Assembly: GCA_900617105.1 (NCBI GenBank)
Contig: UYFQ01000858.1
Location: forward strand, 46,490-66,489
DNA from: Hydrurus foetidus
Lineage: Eukaryota
Reading direction: 5' to 3'
DNA: 20,000 nucleotides
In this document: positions 1 through 10,800 of the stretch, one piece after another
Layout: each line of letters begins with the position of its first letter
Numbering within the stretch: position 1 is the stretch's first letter
Position numbers and translations under genes: made by a program
The notes under the pieces: model-generated
Told to the model about the DNA's origin: nothing
Seen by the model: only the letters and a program-made list of their open reading frames with translations
Databases searched by the model: none

Positions 1-408
1 ATTCCACTGATGTTTTTAATCACCTCAATATTCGCTTTTCCCAAATTTGACCAAACTTGTTTTCAGAGAGAAATAGGGTGGTCATCAAGTTAAGTGTACT
101 TAACTTAGTATGGAACCGCGAGGGTTTGACTTGAAACGGAAGATTTCTCGAGATACAATGACTTCAGTCGTAAATCGAGGTGTTTTCCCATGGAATCGGT
201 GAAAATCACACCCGAAAACAGTAAAAAAAATCTCGATTTACGACTGAAGTCATTGTATCTCGAGAAATCTTCCGTTTCGAGTCAAACCCTCGCGGTTCCA
301 TACTAAGTTAAGTACACTTAACTTGATGACCACCCTATTTCTCTCTGAAAACAAGTTTGGTCAAATTTGGGAAAAGCGAATATTGAGGTGATTAAACATC
401 AGTGGAAT
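1..408. mobile_element. Foldback/MITE-like long palindrome, left end probably outside the window
   Basis: 1-179 is the reverse complement of 232-408 apart from one substitution and a 2-nt indel; 52-nt spacer (180-231); no coding capacity; TSD cannot be assessed. Confidence 0.8.
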
Positions 409-527
409 AAAATTATTTTTGGACTTTTTTTATTTTGAATTCACGGAAAGCACTATTAAATTACATGAAAGCAATTTTCCAAAGTGTTTTTTGAAATTTA
501 TTCATGAAGTTACCGGGGCTAAAGTAA

Positions 528-886
528 CCGTGCGGACTTTTTGACACCGTGCGGACTTTTTGACAGCACTGGGATCCCTGTCCATGAAAACGATCGGTAC
601 TTTGTTGGGAGGCAAGAATATAATGCGACCCAATTAATGGTGTACTGAATTAATAGTTTGATGTACTGAATTAATATTTTGATGTACTGAATTAATATTT
701 TGATGTACTGAATACACCCTAACTCTAGCCCTAACCCTAACCCTGACTCTGAGTTTAGCCCTAACACTAACTCTAATCCTGACCCTAATTTTCACCCTAA
801 TCCGAACCCTAATCCTAACCTTTAGTATTGATTTCAGTGCATCAAACTATTAATTCAGCACACGAATCTCTCCATTCAGTACACGG
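528..886. mobile_element. Small non-autonomous DNA element carrying a telomere-like core
   Basis: Once the LTR insertion is removed the ends read TAA|CCGTG...CACGG|TAA (TAA at 525-527 and 2946-2948); an alternative left end is TA|CCG at 511-515. Contains a 19-bp tandem pair (527-564), a 21-bp tandem x~3.5 (640-713) and an inverted copy of that repeat (833-863). Confidence 0.55.
716..823 (+). repeat. Degenerate interstitial telomere-like (CCCTAA)n tract
   Basis: Roughly 17-18 hexamer variants such as ccctaa, ctctag, ccctga, cactaa, tcctaa. Confidence 0.85.
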
Positions 887-1100
887 TGTAGTCGCGGCCG
901 GATTCGAGTACGAAGAATCCGGGTAAAGACGGTATGCTTTGGTAAACTGTTAGGTTAGTTACAGTTTGTGAAGAAGAGAGCAAACAGCTAACGACAGACA
1001 CAAACGATAGGCTACAAGGGTGCTGATGCTGATGAGCGTCCGTTACCGGTGGACAAGTGATGTGGATGAAAATAGACTATGGGTACGTGAATTATATACA
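887..1100 (-). repeat. 3' LTR, truncated at its U3-side end
   Basis: Matches 2668-2882 but lacks the part equivalent to ~2883-2941; abuts the gag ORF directly. Confidence 0.9.
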
Positions 1101-2567
1101 ACCAACACAGACCTGTAAGGTGCGAGTGGTTGAGGGATTCGAAGACTTTGCAGTCTTCGCGGACTTAGCACGTGGTTTGATGGTGTCCTCATCAGGCTCA
1201 GCAGCGCGTTTGGAGATAGGCTTATCTTTAGAACGCGAAGCTGGGCCTGGAGTAACATCAAAACCAGCAGCCCGAAGCTCGTTAGCTGAGTTTCTGAGAG
1301 TAGTCAGTTGCGTCCACCAAACGAATCGAAAGTCTTTCAAATCGTTGATTGGAACAGTCTCACCGTTCACCTTGCGGCGTAAGATGAGCTGCCAATTGAC
1401 GGGGTGGGTAGGCAACTGACGCTCTAGAATCTTAACAGCCTTAAGCTGTTCCTCAGCAGTAGTGCTGGGAAAATTTGCTACCAATGCACCCAGGGCAGTA
1501 TCGTTACAGGAGTCAGTCTCAATATTGTTCAAATCAAATCTGAAATTGAACGATGAGACTTGCTCGAGGAACGATGCCTGACCCAAAGGTGTACCGATGG
1601 ACGCATCAGGTACTGCCTTGAGGAGTTCTTTGCAGAATCTCTCGGTAGTCCATGACTTCCACTCTTCGCACTCGTCGCGAATTGCTCTCTCAGTGCAATA
1701 CTGCCTTTGCAGGAGTGTTACAAGAGATTGCTCGACGTCTAATGGTACCACGTCAAGAAACGTATAAGGGCAACCATTCTTGCGAAGGTCATTGGTGATG
1801 CTTAAAACTTCCAGATGAGTTGGAACCTTGCTGAGCTTTCTAACCTTTTCATGAGGTAGTAGATAGCGAGCAGCAAGGTTTGAAACAACAACATCGTCAG
1901 TAACACCACCAACGGTAGCAAAAGTTGCAACACTCTGAACATTTCTGTTCATGACATTGCTGTCTGAAGTGAGCAACAAGGAATCGGTTTGCACCGGGTT
2001 TGCAGGCAAAACTGCGGCAGATAACACAGACAGAGGCAACACATCAGACACAACGACAGGTACAGAAATGACAGTGTCGGTGGTGATGTTGGCGGTGTCG
2101 GCGGTGATCGCGGTGGCGGATATCATCGTGGATGATGATGGTGATGGCGCTGGTGGCGAAAGCGCCGGCTCCAAAAATACTCCATCCACTCGCTGGGGAA
2201 GTTGTTGATGTTCAACAGAGACTTCCCCAGCTTGGGATATCGCTAGATCCGCTGGCAGAGCTCCAGATGGGGCGGAAGATGGCTGCAAAAAATTTTGCAA
2301 GGGGTTTCCCCCTCCCACGCCGGGGGCCAAATTCGAGGAGGGATTAGAGGCGAAAGATAGATGGGCTGCGACGTCAGTCGCAGCAACAGATGGCTCTGGA
2401 AGCGAGGGAGGATTCGCCGAGTCGGAATCTCCCGTTGTGCTAGCGTCCTGGCTGTTGGCGACGATTTCGTCGACGGCGTCAGTTGATGGCGCTTCCTGAG
2501 AAATCGACAGGGGAGCCGTCGAAACGGCCGATGCCCTGGAAAGTCTTCGTCGGTTGCTGGAAACCAT
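1092..2567 (-). CDS. gag: Gag-like protein, C-terminally truncated within a probable CCHC zinc knuckle
   Basis: 491-aa ORF between the LTRs; Ser/Pro/Ala-rich N-terminal half, helical-looking C-terminal half, basic linker, ends C-V-G-C-I-stop with the last codons read from the LTR. Confidence 0.7.
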   Translation of the reverse strand: MVSSNRRRLSRASAVSTAPLSISQEAPSTDAVDEIVANSQDASTTGDSDSANPPSLPEPSVAATDVAAHLSFASNPSSNLAPGVGGGNPLQNFLQPSSAPSGALPADLAISQAGEVSVEHQQLPQRVDGVFLEPALSPPAPSPSSSTMISATAITADTANITTDTVISVPVVVSDVLPLSVLSAAVLPANPVQTDSLLLTSDSNVMNRNVQSVATFATVGGVTDDVVVSNLAARYLLPHEKVRKLSKVPTHLEVLSITNDLRKNGCPYTFLDVVPLDVEQSLVTLLQRQYCTERAIRDECEEWKSWTTERFCKELLKAVPDASIGTPLGQASFLEQVSSFNFRFDLNNIETDSCNDTALGALVANFPSTTAEEQLKAVKILERQLPTHPVNWQLILRRKVNGETVPINDLKDFRFVWWTQLTTLRNSANELRAAGFDVTPGPASRSKDKPISKRAAEPDEDTIKPRAKSAKTAKSSNPSTTRTLQVCVGCI

Positions 2568-2667
2568 ACTGGTGATCAGTGCCAGATGGTCGTCGGATGT
2601 CGGCGGTTGAAAATCTATCTAGCTCTCCAGTAACGAGAGTTCGTCTAACAACTCTCAATATTAATAT

Positions 2668-2941
2668 TGTAGTCGCGGCCGGATTCGAGTACGAAGAATC
2701 CGGGTAAAGACGGTATGCTTTGGTAAACTGTTAGGTTAGTTACAGTTTGTGAAAGAAGAGAGCAAACAGCTAACGACAGACACAAACGATAGGCTACAAG
2801 GGTGCTGATGCTGATGAGCGTCCGTTACCGGTGGACAAGTGATGTGGATGAAAATAGACTATGGGTACGTGAATTATATACATACGTGAATTATATACAA
2901 ACGTGTACGAAGCGTACGGTGAACGTACGTGCTAGGCTACA
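2668..2941 (-). repeat. 5' LTR, full length, 274 bp
   Basis: TG...CA termini with a 5-bp inverted repeat; contains a tandem 17-mer (TACGTGAATTATATACA x2, 2866-2899) that reads TATATAA on the minus strand. Confidence 0.9.
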
Positions 2942-3447
2942 ACGGTAAATTATTTCCGGAATATAATCAAGGTGAGAAATTATAGAAGTGTGAAATCGGC
3001 AGTAGAATTTTATATTACGAGAGAAACGAAGCGGCGACATAAATCCTGCAGGGATGTATCATATAAGAAAAATGGTGAAAATTGCGACTAGTTAGTTTCG
3101 AAAAAAAAAGTTTGAGAAGATCGATGGTTGACCTCCTGCGCTTCACAGATAAAAATTAACAATTTCTCGTCAAATCAACTTTGCAATCGTATTCCGTTCA
3201 GTACTGAAGTGCTTTTTACACTAAATCAGTGTGGAGCCATGTCGTACCTCAAACGATATCTTTCCCAACACAGCTGATTTCAATCTATAGAATTGACCCT
3301 CAGTCAAGGCATGGACAGGCTGATGGCCACTAATTAAGCTCCAGCAGCACACATCATCTCATTCTGAACACGAACTCAAGCACACAGTCATAATCCCGTC
3401 AGACAAACCTCAGACCGGACCCTTTTACCTGAATTTGAATTTGAATA

Positions 3448-6400
3448 CCGTCGAGTGCCATATGTTTTGTAAAAAAAGCACGTATTACGGTACTTTACCG
3501 TCCACAAGGTCATTTTGAGGCAGCCAACATATTATTCCACAGCTTAGTCAATTTGACAGCTCTACTAAAGCTTCCAAGTGATTCGAGTTCAGCGTAGATT
3601 AGTCTAACGGGCGATCCAAAATTTTGCGGAAACTGAGGAGTGCTGCATCCGCTGTGTTGGGACAAAGTTACTGAGGAGATTCACAACCATCGACTTCACG
3701 GGCAACTATCGCAGCTACGCAATCCTTCGTTGCATTTCAGCAGTTCTGGATCCATTTATAACAGTGACAAGTCTTGGGCACGACGAAGAAGTCTGAAAAC
3801 CAACGGTGACTTCAGAATGTTTCAGAGAAAAATCGTTTTGGGGACGAAAACAGCACCAAAAATATGATATAATAGTCGACTAATGTGCGTGCATGGTGTC
3901 AGTTGCTCTGGCTTCACACACACTAGATGCCAACAATGTCAACATTCAATGGTCAGCTGGTCAGTTAAGTGTTGCACTGAACATGCTATCAGCCTTCAGC
4001 GCGAGTCCAATTTTTTTTATATTGACCCCGTTGCTTTGATGCATGGATTTCTGCTATTTTGTCGAGACTTGGCAAGGAGAGGGATTTTCGTTATTGACGC
4101 GTATCGAGCAGACAAAGCTGTCCCTATATTTCATTATCTCATGCACTCCAGAACTAGTTTGGACATCAAATTGTCCTCGTACTTTACGCCTTCTATATCT
4201 GAGGAAGATTTATTGAGCACTATCATTTCAGTACGCAATGAATTACTAAAGAGGAACAAATTTGAAGTTTCACCTTATTCTTCTCCATCGCTAGTCTTTG
4301 GAGCGATACAGCTCTCGATGCTACGGAACCAGACTACGACTGTGGATGTTGAGACGAACACGGTAGAGAGAACACCAGCTAAATTGAGGAGATCACCATC
4401 AGATTTAACCGATCGTTCAATCAAGAATGTCACTTCAAAGGTGATAACTTCTATAGATGGAGTTGTTGGAGAGAAAAACAGTTTGTACTTCTTGAAGTCA
4501 GCTGTGAAAATATTAGATTATAGAAAAAGGAAGCATGCAGTGTTACTGGAAGATGAGCAAGATCACAGAGGTAAAGAGGACGACGAAGATAGTGATTCAC
4601 AAGAATGCGATGAATATGAAGCATATATGAGTGATGAGCGATTAAGAACTGCACTTGATAAAATACCATAAAAAGATATAGTGTATAGTTCGGATGATAT
4701 GGGGAATATTCTAGAATTATTCGAAGTCGTTAAAATGATGGTATCAGAAAGAAACGCAAGTCGCATCAACATGAAAGCATCATCATTGACTGTAGACATA
4801 CTTGATACGAATTCTTACTACTCGCAACTTAAGGCAAGGACATCATTAAGATGGTACGAAATGAAAGATAAAGAGTCGGAAAAACTAGGAAGAAAAATAA
4901 ACGACAATTTCGAATCAGAAGTATGGGGAAAATTGATGCTCTGCATATTTGGGAAAAATATTGAAGATGTGAGTGCTGTTGCATATATCATTACAAAGTT
5001 TTATTATCTTCTGCTTGGATGTATATCTAATAATATGAAATCTAACATGTTGTACGTACGTTCATTTTTGATGATAGGACGGAGAGAAAGTTGTTCGAGT
5101 AATAGTAAACGTTACGTACTCTTACGCCATAATAGTCTCCGCTGCAACTGCTGTAAAGGAAACGGAAGCATGGAGCAATAATGTAAAAATGAAAACTATG
5201 AAATTATCTAATAAATGGGTAAAAGCATTTTTGAAGAGAGGGGACTTATCGAGGCGAAAAATAACTCGTGATAACCGACGATGATGTTGTTGCAAATACA
5301 CTTAAAATAGGTCAAGACTTGTATGTTCGCAATCAACACAATCCACGAACCTGTTACAATTTTGATGAAATAGCCCTCACATGGGCTATAGGTCCATCAT
5401 ACATGTACTGTCCTGGAAATCAACAAAGAGCAAGCAATATTGGAATTTCAAATTCAAAATTAAGAATAACAGCTGTCATTGCAGTCAAGGCAGTTGGAGA
5501 ATTCGCTCCTCTAATGATAATAATTAAACATAGCTTAAGTTCAGAAAAAAGACAAGATCAAACTGGTATGACTGTAGTCAGAGAGTTGTTTAAGAAGCCT
5601 GGATTCACAGCTGCAGATGGATGGAGCTAAAAATTTGGCAAAAAGAATTGACATTCAATAATAGCAAAGATGTACATAAAATTATATCCATAATGAAACT
5701 GGACATGTCATAACAAGCCAAGTGAAGGCCAAGTGAAGGATGGTTCTTTGGTTCGAAATAGTGATGCAACCTATAAAAAGTTGCTTCTATGGTGTGATAA
5801 TTGCGGGAGCCACAAAACATCTTGTGTGCGAGATATAATCGAGGAAGTGTGTATAGATCTGGCATTTATACCTCCAAATATGACATCAGAATTGCAGGTC
5901 CTAAATCTGGTTGTCAATGTACCCCTTAAAGCCCATATAAGAACGAAAAGAGCGAATAGACTATATAATGCATTTCAAACGTACAAGGAGGCAAGAGTCG
6001 AAAATAGCAAATTAGAAAAATCGCTGCGTCAAAATTTAGACTTCGATCCTCCAAGACCAACAATGACAGAGGGAATATTAGACTTAATTCTTCTATTCAA
6101 AGAACAATATAATGAAGCAAAGTTTCAATCGTGCATCAATAGAACATTTATAAAAACTGGGACATTACCAGTCGCGGACCCTGGACCTATCACTTTCATG
6201 AATTCTTGTTTCTTACCACCCCTTTGGGACCCTCAGCAATCCTCAAAAACTGAATTGTTATAAACGACAAAACAGAGCTTAAACAGCATCGACATGAGTA
6301 ATATCTCTCGCACGCTACAAGTGGACCTAGTAGCTGGAATACAAGACGACTAACGTCAAATGTAAATCAGCCAACTCTATAAAAATGAATTTCTGCGTGG

Positions 6401-7593
6401 TACAATGTTGTACCTGAAGGCACTATGGATGAAGAACAGGAAAAAGCTATATGCCAACTCCAGAACCCAAATAATAGTTCTGAGTTAATGCTCAAATGTA
6501 TTTAGTGACAAACGAGTTCTGAAATTAATGACTCAAATGAAGTGATGATGAGGCAATGTAATGCAAGCATTCAAACGAAAATTTCAATTCAAATGAAACA
6601 CTACTATGTCCTTAGATTTTAATTGCTACAATGTCCTTCGATTGTAAAAGATCAATGATCTTTTTACACCAAATTTCCGATTTATTTGAATGCAATATTA
6701 TTTCAATTTTGTATCCTTCAGCTCTATGATTTAAATCTTCGGACAGGGCGCAAGTAAACTTATAATCTAAATTGTGAATAGCATAGTCTCAGTGGTCACT
6801 GACATTATCATCCATGAACTCAGTCAATATGGCAGCCTCCTCTTTAGCTACATTTCCTATAGCTCCGCACATGTTGGCAGTCATTCCAATCCTTCCGATG
6901 AATCGACAGTTACCGGTGGCAACATAATTTGGACACAGTTTGAGCCTGTCAGTAGTGTACAGAAATGAAATTGAATTTACGAGGTCAGTGTCACTAATGT
7001 CACTTGTCTAGGCAAAGAATATAAGCATCCAATAAATTCGACATTTTGCATCGGAAGTCAATCAATGGACCCCTATTAACGCGCATCGAATTCGTTTTCC
7101 GGAAAGCGGTTCAACTCGCAGGCTGAATCTTTCTTGACTTTCAGGCTCCGGCGCAATGCAAATGCGCCTTTTCCCCTTGATCGGACCGCTCTCATCCTAA
7201 AAGTGATGTCTTTGAAAATTTGGTCCGTTAGTTTCCAGACGATGTTGATCCATCGCAATGAAAACTCAGTTTCTGATTGTGCCCATCAATGCGTCCGCTA
7301 AAATATGAGAATTGGCTCTCTGCCAAACAAATCGACGGTAATCCCACGATACCGCGGCTGGCGGTCAATCCATATTATTCAAAATCAACAGACGAAACGA
7401 TAGTGGAGATCGTCAAGATTACCTGTGAAGAAGCTGGAGGCAATTTGGTTCTGTCTTGCGATTGCTATGTGACGGGGATTAAGGATGATGCGTAAACGAT
7501 AGTTATCTGTCGGAGTTGCTCTCAACATGACGTAATACCATATTTTCACAACACACCACTCATACGAAATACAAAACATGTGGCACTCGACGG
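3448..7593 (+). mobile_element. pogo/Tc1-mariner superfamily DNA transposon, 4146 bp
   Basis: 24-bp TIRs CCGTCGAGTGCCAYATGTTTTGTA (3448-3471 and 7570-7593, 23/24 identical), TA on both sides, internal DDE transposase remnants. Confidence 0.93.
3883..6263 (+). pseudogene. pogo-like (HTH + DDE_1-type) transposase pseudogene
   Basis: Motifs KLSNKWVKAFLKR (HTH), YNFDE, RITAVIAV..G...PLMII, LWCDNCGSH and FIPPNMTSELQVLN (third Asp reads as Asn). In-frame TAA at 4669-4671, probable intron 4969-5077 (GTGAGT..TAG), frameshifts or deletions near 5270, 5625 and 5690-5735. Confidence 0.88.
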
Positions 7594-7861
7594 TACGCGA
7601 TACGAATATTGCTGAAATATCTTCGAATTTCAGAATCTATTTACATTCGGTTAGCAATCAATCGGCTTGGGCGCATGATCGATCGTGTCACCCCTCTACT
7701 CTCTGACGCTTCAGCGGACCATGGACAGATCATGGACCGTACGCACTGTAACCATATAACCAAACGGGTGGCTTCACATCTTTCATACCCAAACCTCAAA
7801 CCTCATGTTCTCAAACCAAATCAAGCTCACAACTGTTGACAGTCCCTCATAGCAAAATGAA

Positions 7862-10800
7862 ATGATCCTTCTTTCAGCTCTCTTTATGCTGCTGGGAGGA
7901 GATGGAATCAATCATCTCTTCCCGAGGGGGCGGCTTCGAACTCATATTTCATCTCCTATTGAAGCAAACTTACCGGAGGCAACTGGAAGGTTGGAGCGAG
8001 TTGAAGTTGGGATCAACGGTGCACCGCTTCAGTCCGCCACAAAAGGCGCCCGACTTGGTGCTAACTTAGGCTATTTCTATCTGCAGAAGGAGCTAAAACT
8101 GTCTGAGCACCATATGGTGAAGATAATGGAGAAGTATCCTTGGATAATGTATCTGAAAGTTGACACAAACCTCCGTCCAACAGTGGAGGTGCTAAAATCA
8201 TTTGGTTTTCGCGACAAAGATGTTAGATCCATGCTAGAGACAGTTCCCCCGATACTGGGCATTAATCACGAATGGACTCTCCCGGAGAAACTTATCTCGA
8301 TTCAGAAAATGTTTAACTTGAACAGGGCAGGCTTGGTGAAGCTAGTCGTTCATCAACCATTTCTTCTCACCTGCTCTATCGACCGTAACATTAGAGTCAG
8401 TGAATTTCTTAGTGAGGTTGTGGGTCTTAGCCCTGAAGGCATTCGAAATTGTTTGCTATGCTGTCCAGAGGTAGCTATGAGCGGCATCACAAAAATGTCA
8501 GCATGCTGGTCTGTGCTCACAGATATTTATGGGTTGTCTGATAAACAAGCAAGGGCATTGGTAATATACTACCCCATAGTGCTCACTCATCGCACTTTGA
8601 AGACGATCCAGGATAAAGTTTCTTTTTTCTCGGAAGAGTTGAATATGAGTCCACCATTTCGGGAAGTGCAAAAAGTCATCATGCGCTACCCTCAACTGCT
8701 CTGCATTGATCCTAACGTCTTCATGAGACCTAATGTGGCCTTGTTGAAGATATACTTGGATATTGACCGGGATGGGATTTCGAAGTTGATTTCTTTTTTC
8801 CCTTCCGCACTGGGGTACAATCCTCGGACACTCGAGAAGTCTTTACGAAAATCACTCTTCATGCTCACTGGTCTCGATGAGTACAACACTGTGAGAGGAA
8901 ACGCCCAAGAAGTTGATGACGATGATGATGACTTGCGCATATTTGAGGGGGAGGAGCAGGATGTGAGTCACTTAGGACATCTGGACCTCAGACGCGGCCC
9001 TCTGTCAGAAGAAGAATTAGAAACCATCGAGAGTGTAGCTACGAATATTCTAGATGTCAAAGATGGTGACATACTATCCCTACATATTCTTCCGTCTTCC
9101 ATGGATCCCTTTCGATTTATGAGTCCTGTTGAAAATGATGTTGAGGAACCCCACCTTGTCATCTCCAACTCCTACAAAGAAGGTCTCGCACAAGTTCAAC
9201 TCGCCACTGGACTGGATGACGTGAACACTTACACCGATGATGAAAATCAGTTGGATGAATATGATGACGAAGATGACGTAATAGAGATGCAAGACAATAT
9301 GTATGGGAACAGTGTTAGCTACGAGAAGGCGAGTAGACGGGAAGACAGAGAGGAATACCAAGACCAATCTGTATCACCCCCTCATCCTGTCGGCGTAGAC
9401 GTTCTCGCAGATATAGTCGATAGAAAAAAATCAAGATATGACAGAAACAATGCATTTCACGCAGCCAGCATAGCAGACGTCATACAAGCAGCTGTGTCAG
9501 TGACGGTTTCCAGTAGTGCTGTAAGTACGGGTGGTGCTGTAAGTACGGACGCGCACATACACGCACCTATCAGTAGTGGTGTAGATGCAAGCAAAGGTCT
9601 GGAGTTTGATTCCATCACATCTGAGGATGTGAATGTGACCGAGATGGAGGGGAGAACTCCGGATTGTGTGCATCACATAGATGCGTCATCCGCTCCTCTT
9701 ACCTCACACACAGGTGCGGTACATGAGTTAGAAGCCACGAGGCTGATGATGCTTGTGTACAGCACATTGAACATCGATAAAACAAGAGCTATTAATGTTG
9801 TGAAGTGCGCCCCCTGGGTATTGTCCTATCGACCAGAGAGAAGTCTCAGGACTCTATCTACTATAGGATTTAGTCTGGGAATGAGTCGCACAGAGCTCAG
9901 TCGACTAGTGCGATCCTATCCCAGAGTACTGTCTCTCAGTGTGGATGGGAAGATCAGTGAAGTCTTGACGGCACTAGGAAATACAGCGGAGACCTGTCTG
10001 TCACTACAAGATAGTGAGGAGTACATGACCAGATCTTCTTTGTTCAAGGTGAGGAAGGGAGTCCCTCAGAACGCGGAGGAGTCAGACGGGGATGCGGAGA
10101 GTGAGTTAGTGCAGGTCATTCTGAACCTTTGCGAGACAGCTTCAACTTCAACTTCAACTTCAACTATAGTGAACTCAAATATGTCCGACTCTTTCCCATC
10201 TTCATTTGATATGAGTGAGGATGATGGTGGACGAGGTACTGCCAAAGGAGACACTGAAAGAGGTAGTGTAGGAGGTGGCGGTGTCTCTCCATTTGATGTG
10301 GACGTGGATGCAGTTGAGAAAAGCACACAGACGATGCCAGATGGAGCAATAATGGAACAGGAGAATGGCAGTGAGGATCTTATTACATCCCAGGAGATGG
10401 GCGTGGCGTGCAGCAGCATCGCTCTTAGTAGGAGGAGGGATCCCGTACGAACCATGGTGCGTACAGCTATCCTAAAATGGCCTTTACTGCTTGGCACAAG
10501 TATGGGTAAGATTAATACGGGTATAGAGGAGTTGTTAGCACTGCAGATACCTTTCGATCAGCTCATACAGATTGTGAGGAGAAATCCTAAGACCCAGTCT
10601 AAATGGAAAAACAAAGTGCTGTGTCTTGTGGAAGAGGCAAAGAGGAAGAGAGCGATGAGACTGAAGAAAGAGGAAGAGAAAAGAAGTAGAGACGAAGACT
10701 CCAGCAGAACATACTACGAACATGAGATATATATTGGTGACGTTGTGGATGAGCCCTACATGGACTGTGAAAACGAAATGGAAGTATTAATACTCAGGGA

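Larger units (their letters stand above)
887..2941 (-). mobile_element. LTR retrotransposon, internally deleted (gag only), probably Ty3/Gypsy-like
   Basis: Ends TGTAG...CTACA; 4-bp TSD ACGG at 883-886 and 2942-2945; direct repeats 887-1100 and 2668-2882 are identical apart from a 1-nt indel; one internal minus-strand ORF. Confidence 0.9.

Noticed and set aside
519..767. 82-aa ORF, and similar ORFs at 12983-13333 and 17171-17425
   Set aside because: Translations of tandem or microsatellite repeats
716..823. True chromosome end
   Set aside because: Short, degenerate, and flanked on both sides by other sequence
880..2908. LTR element ending at 2882/2899 and inserted without TSD into a GTACACG/CGTGTAC hairpin
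   Set aside because: The real end is CTACA at 2941 followed by the ACGG TSD
8077..10723. Several minus-strand ORFs inside the mTERF gene
   Set aside because: Antisense shadows of a long coding frame
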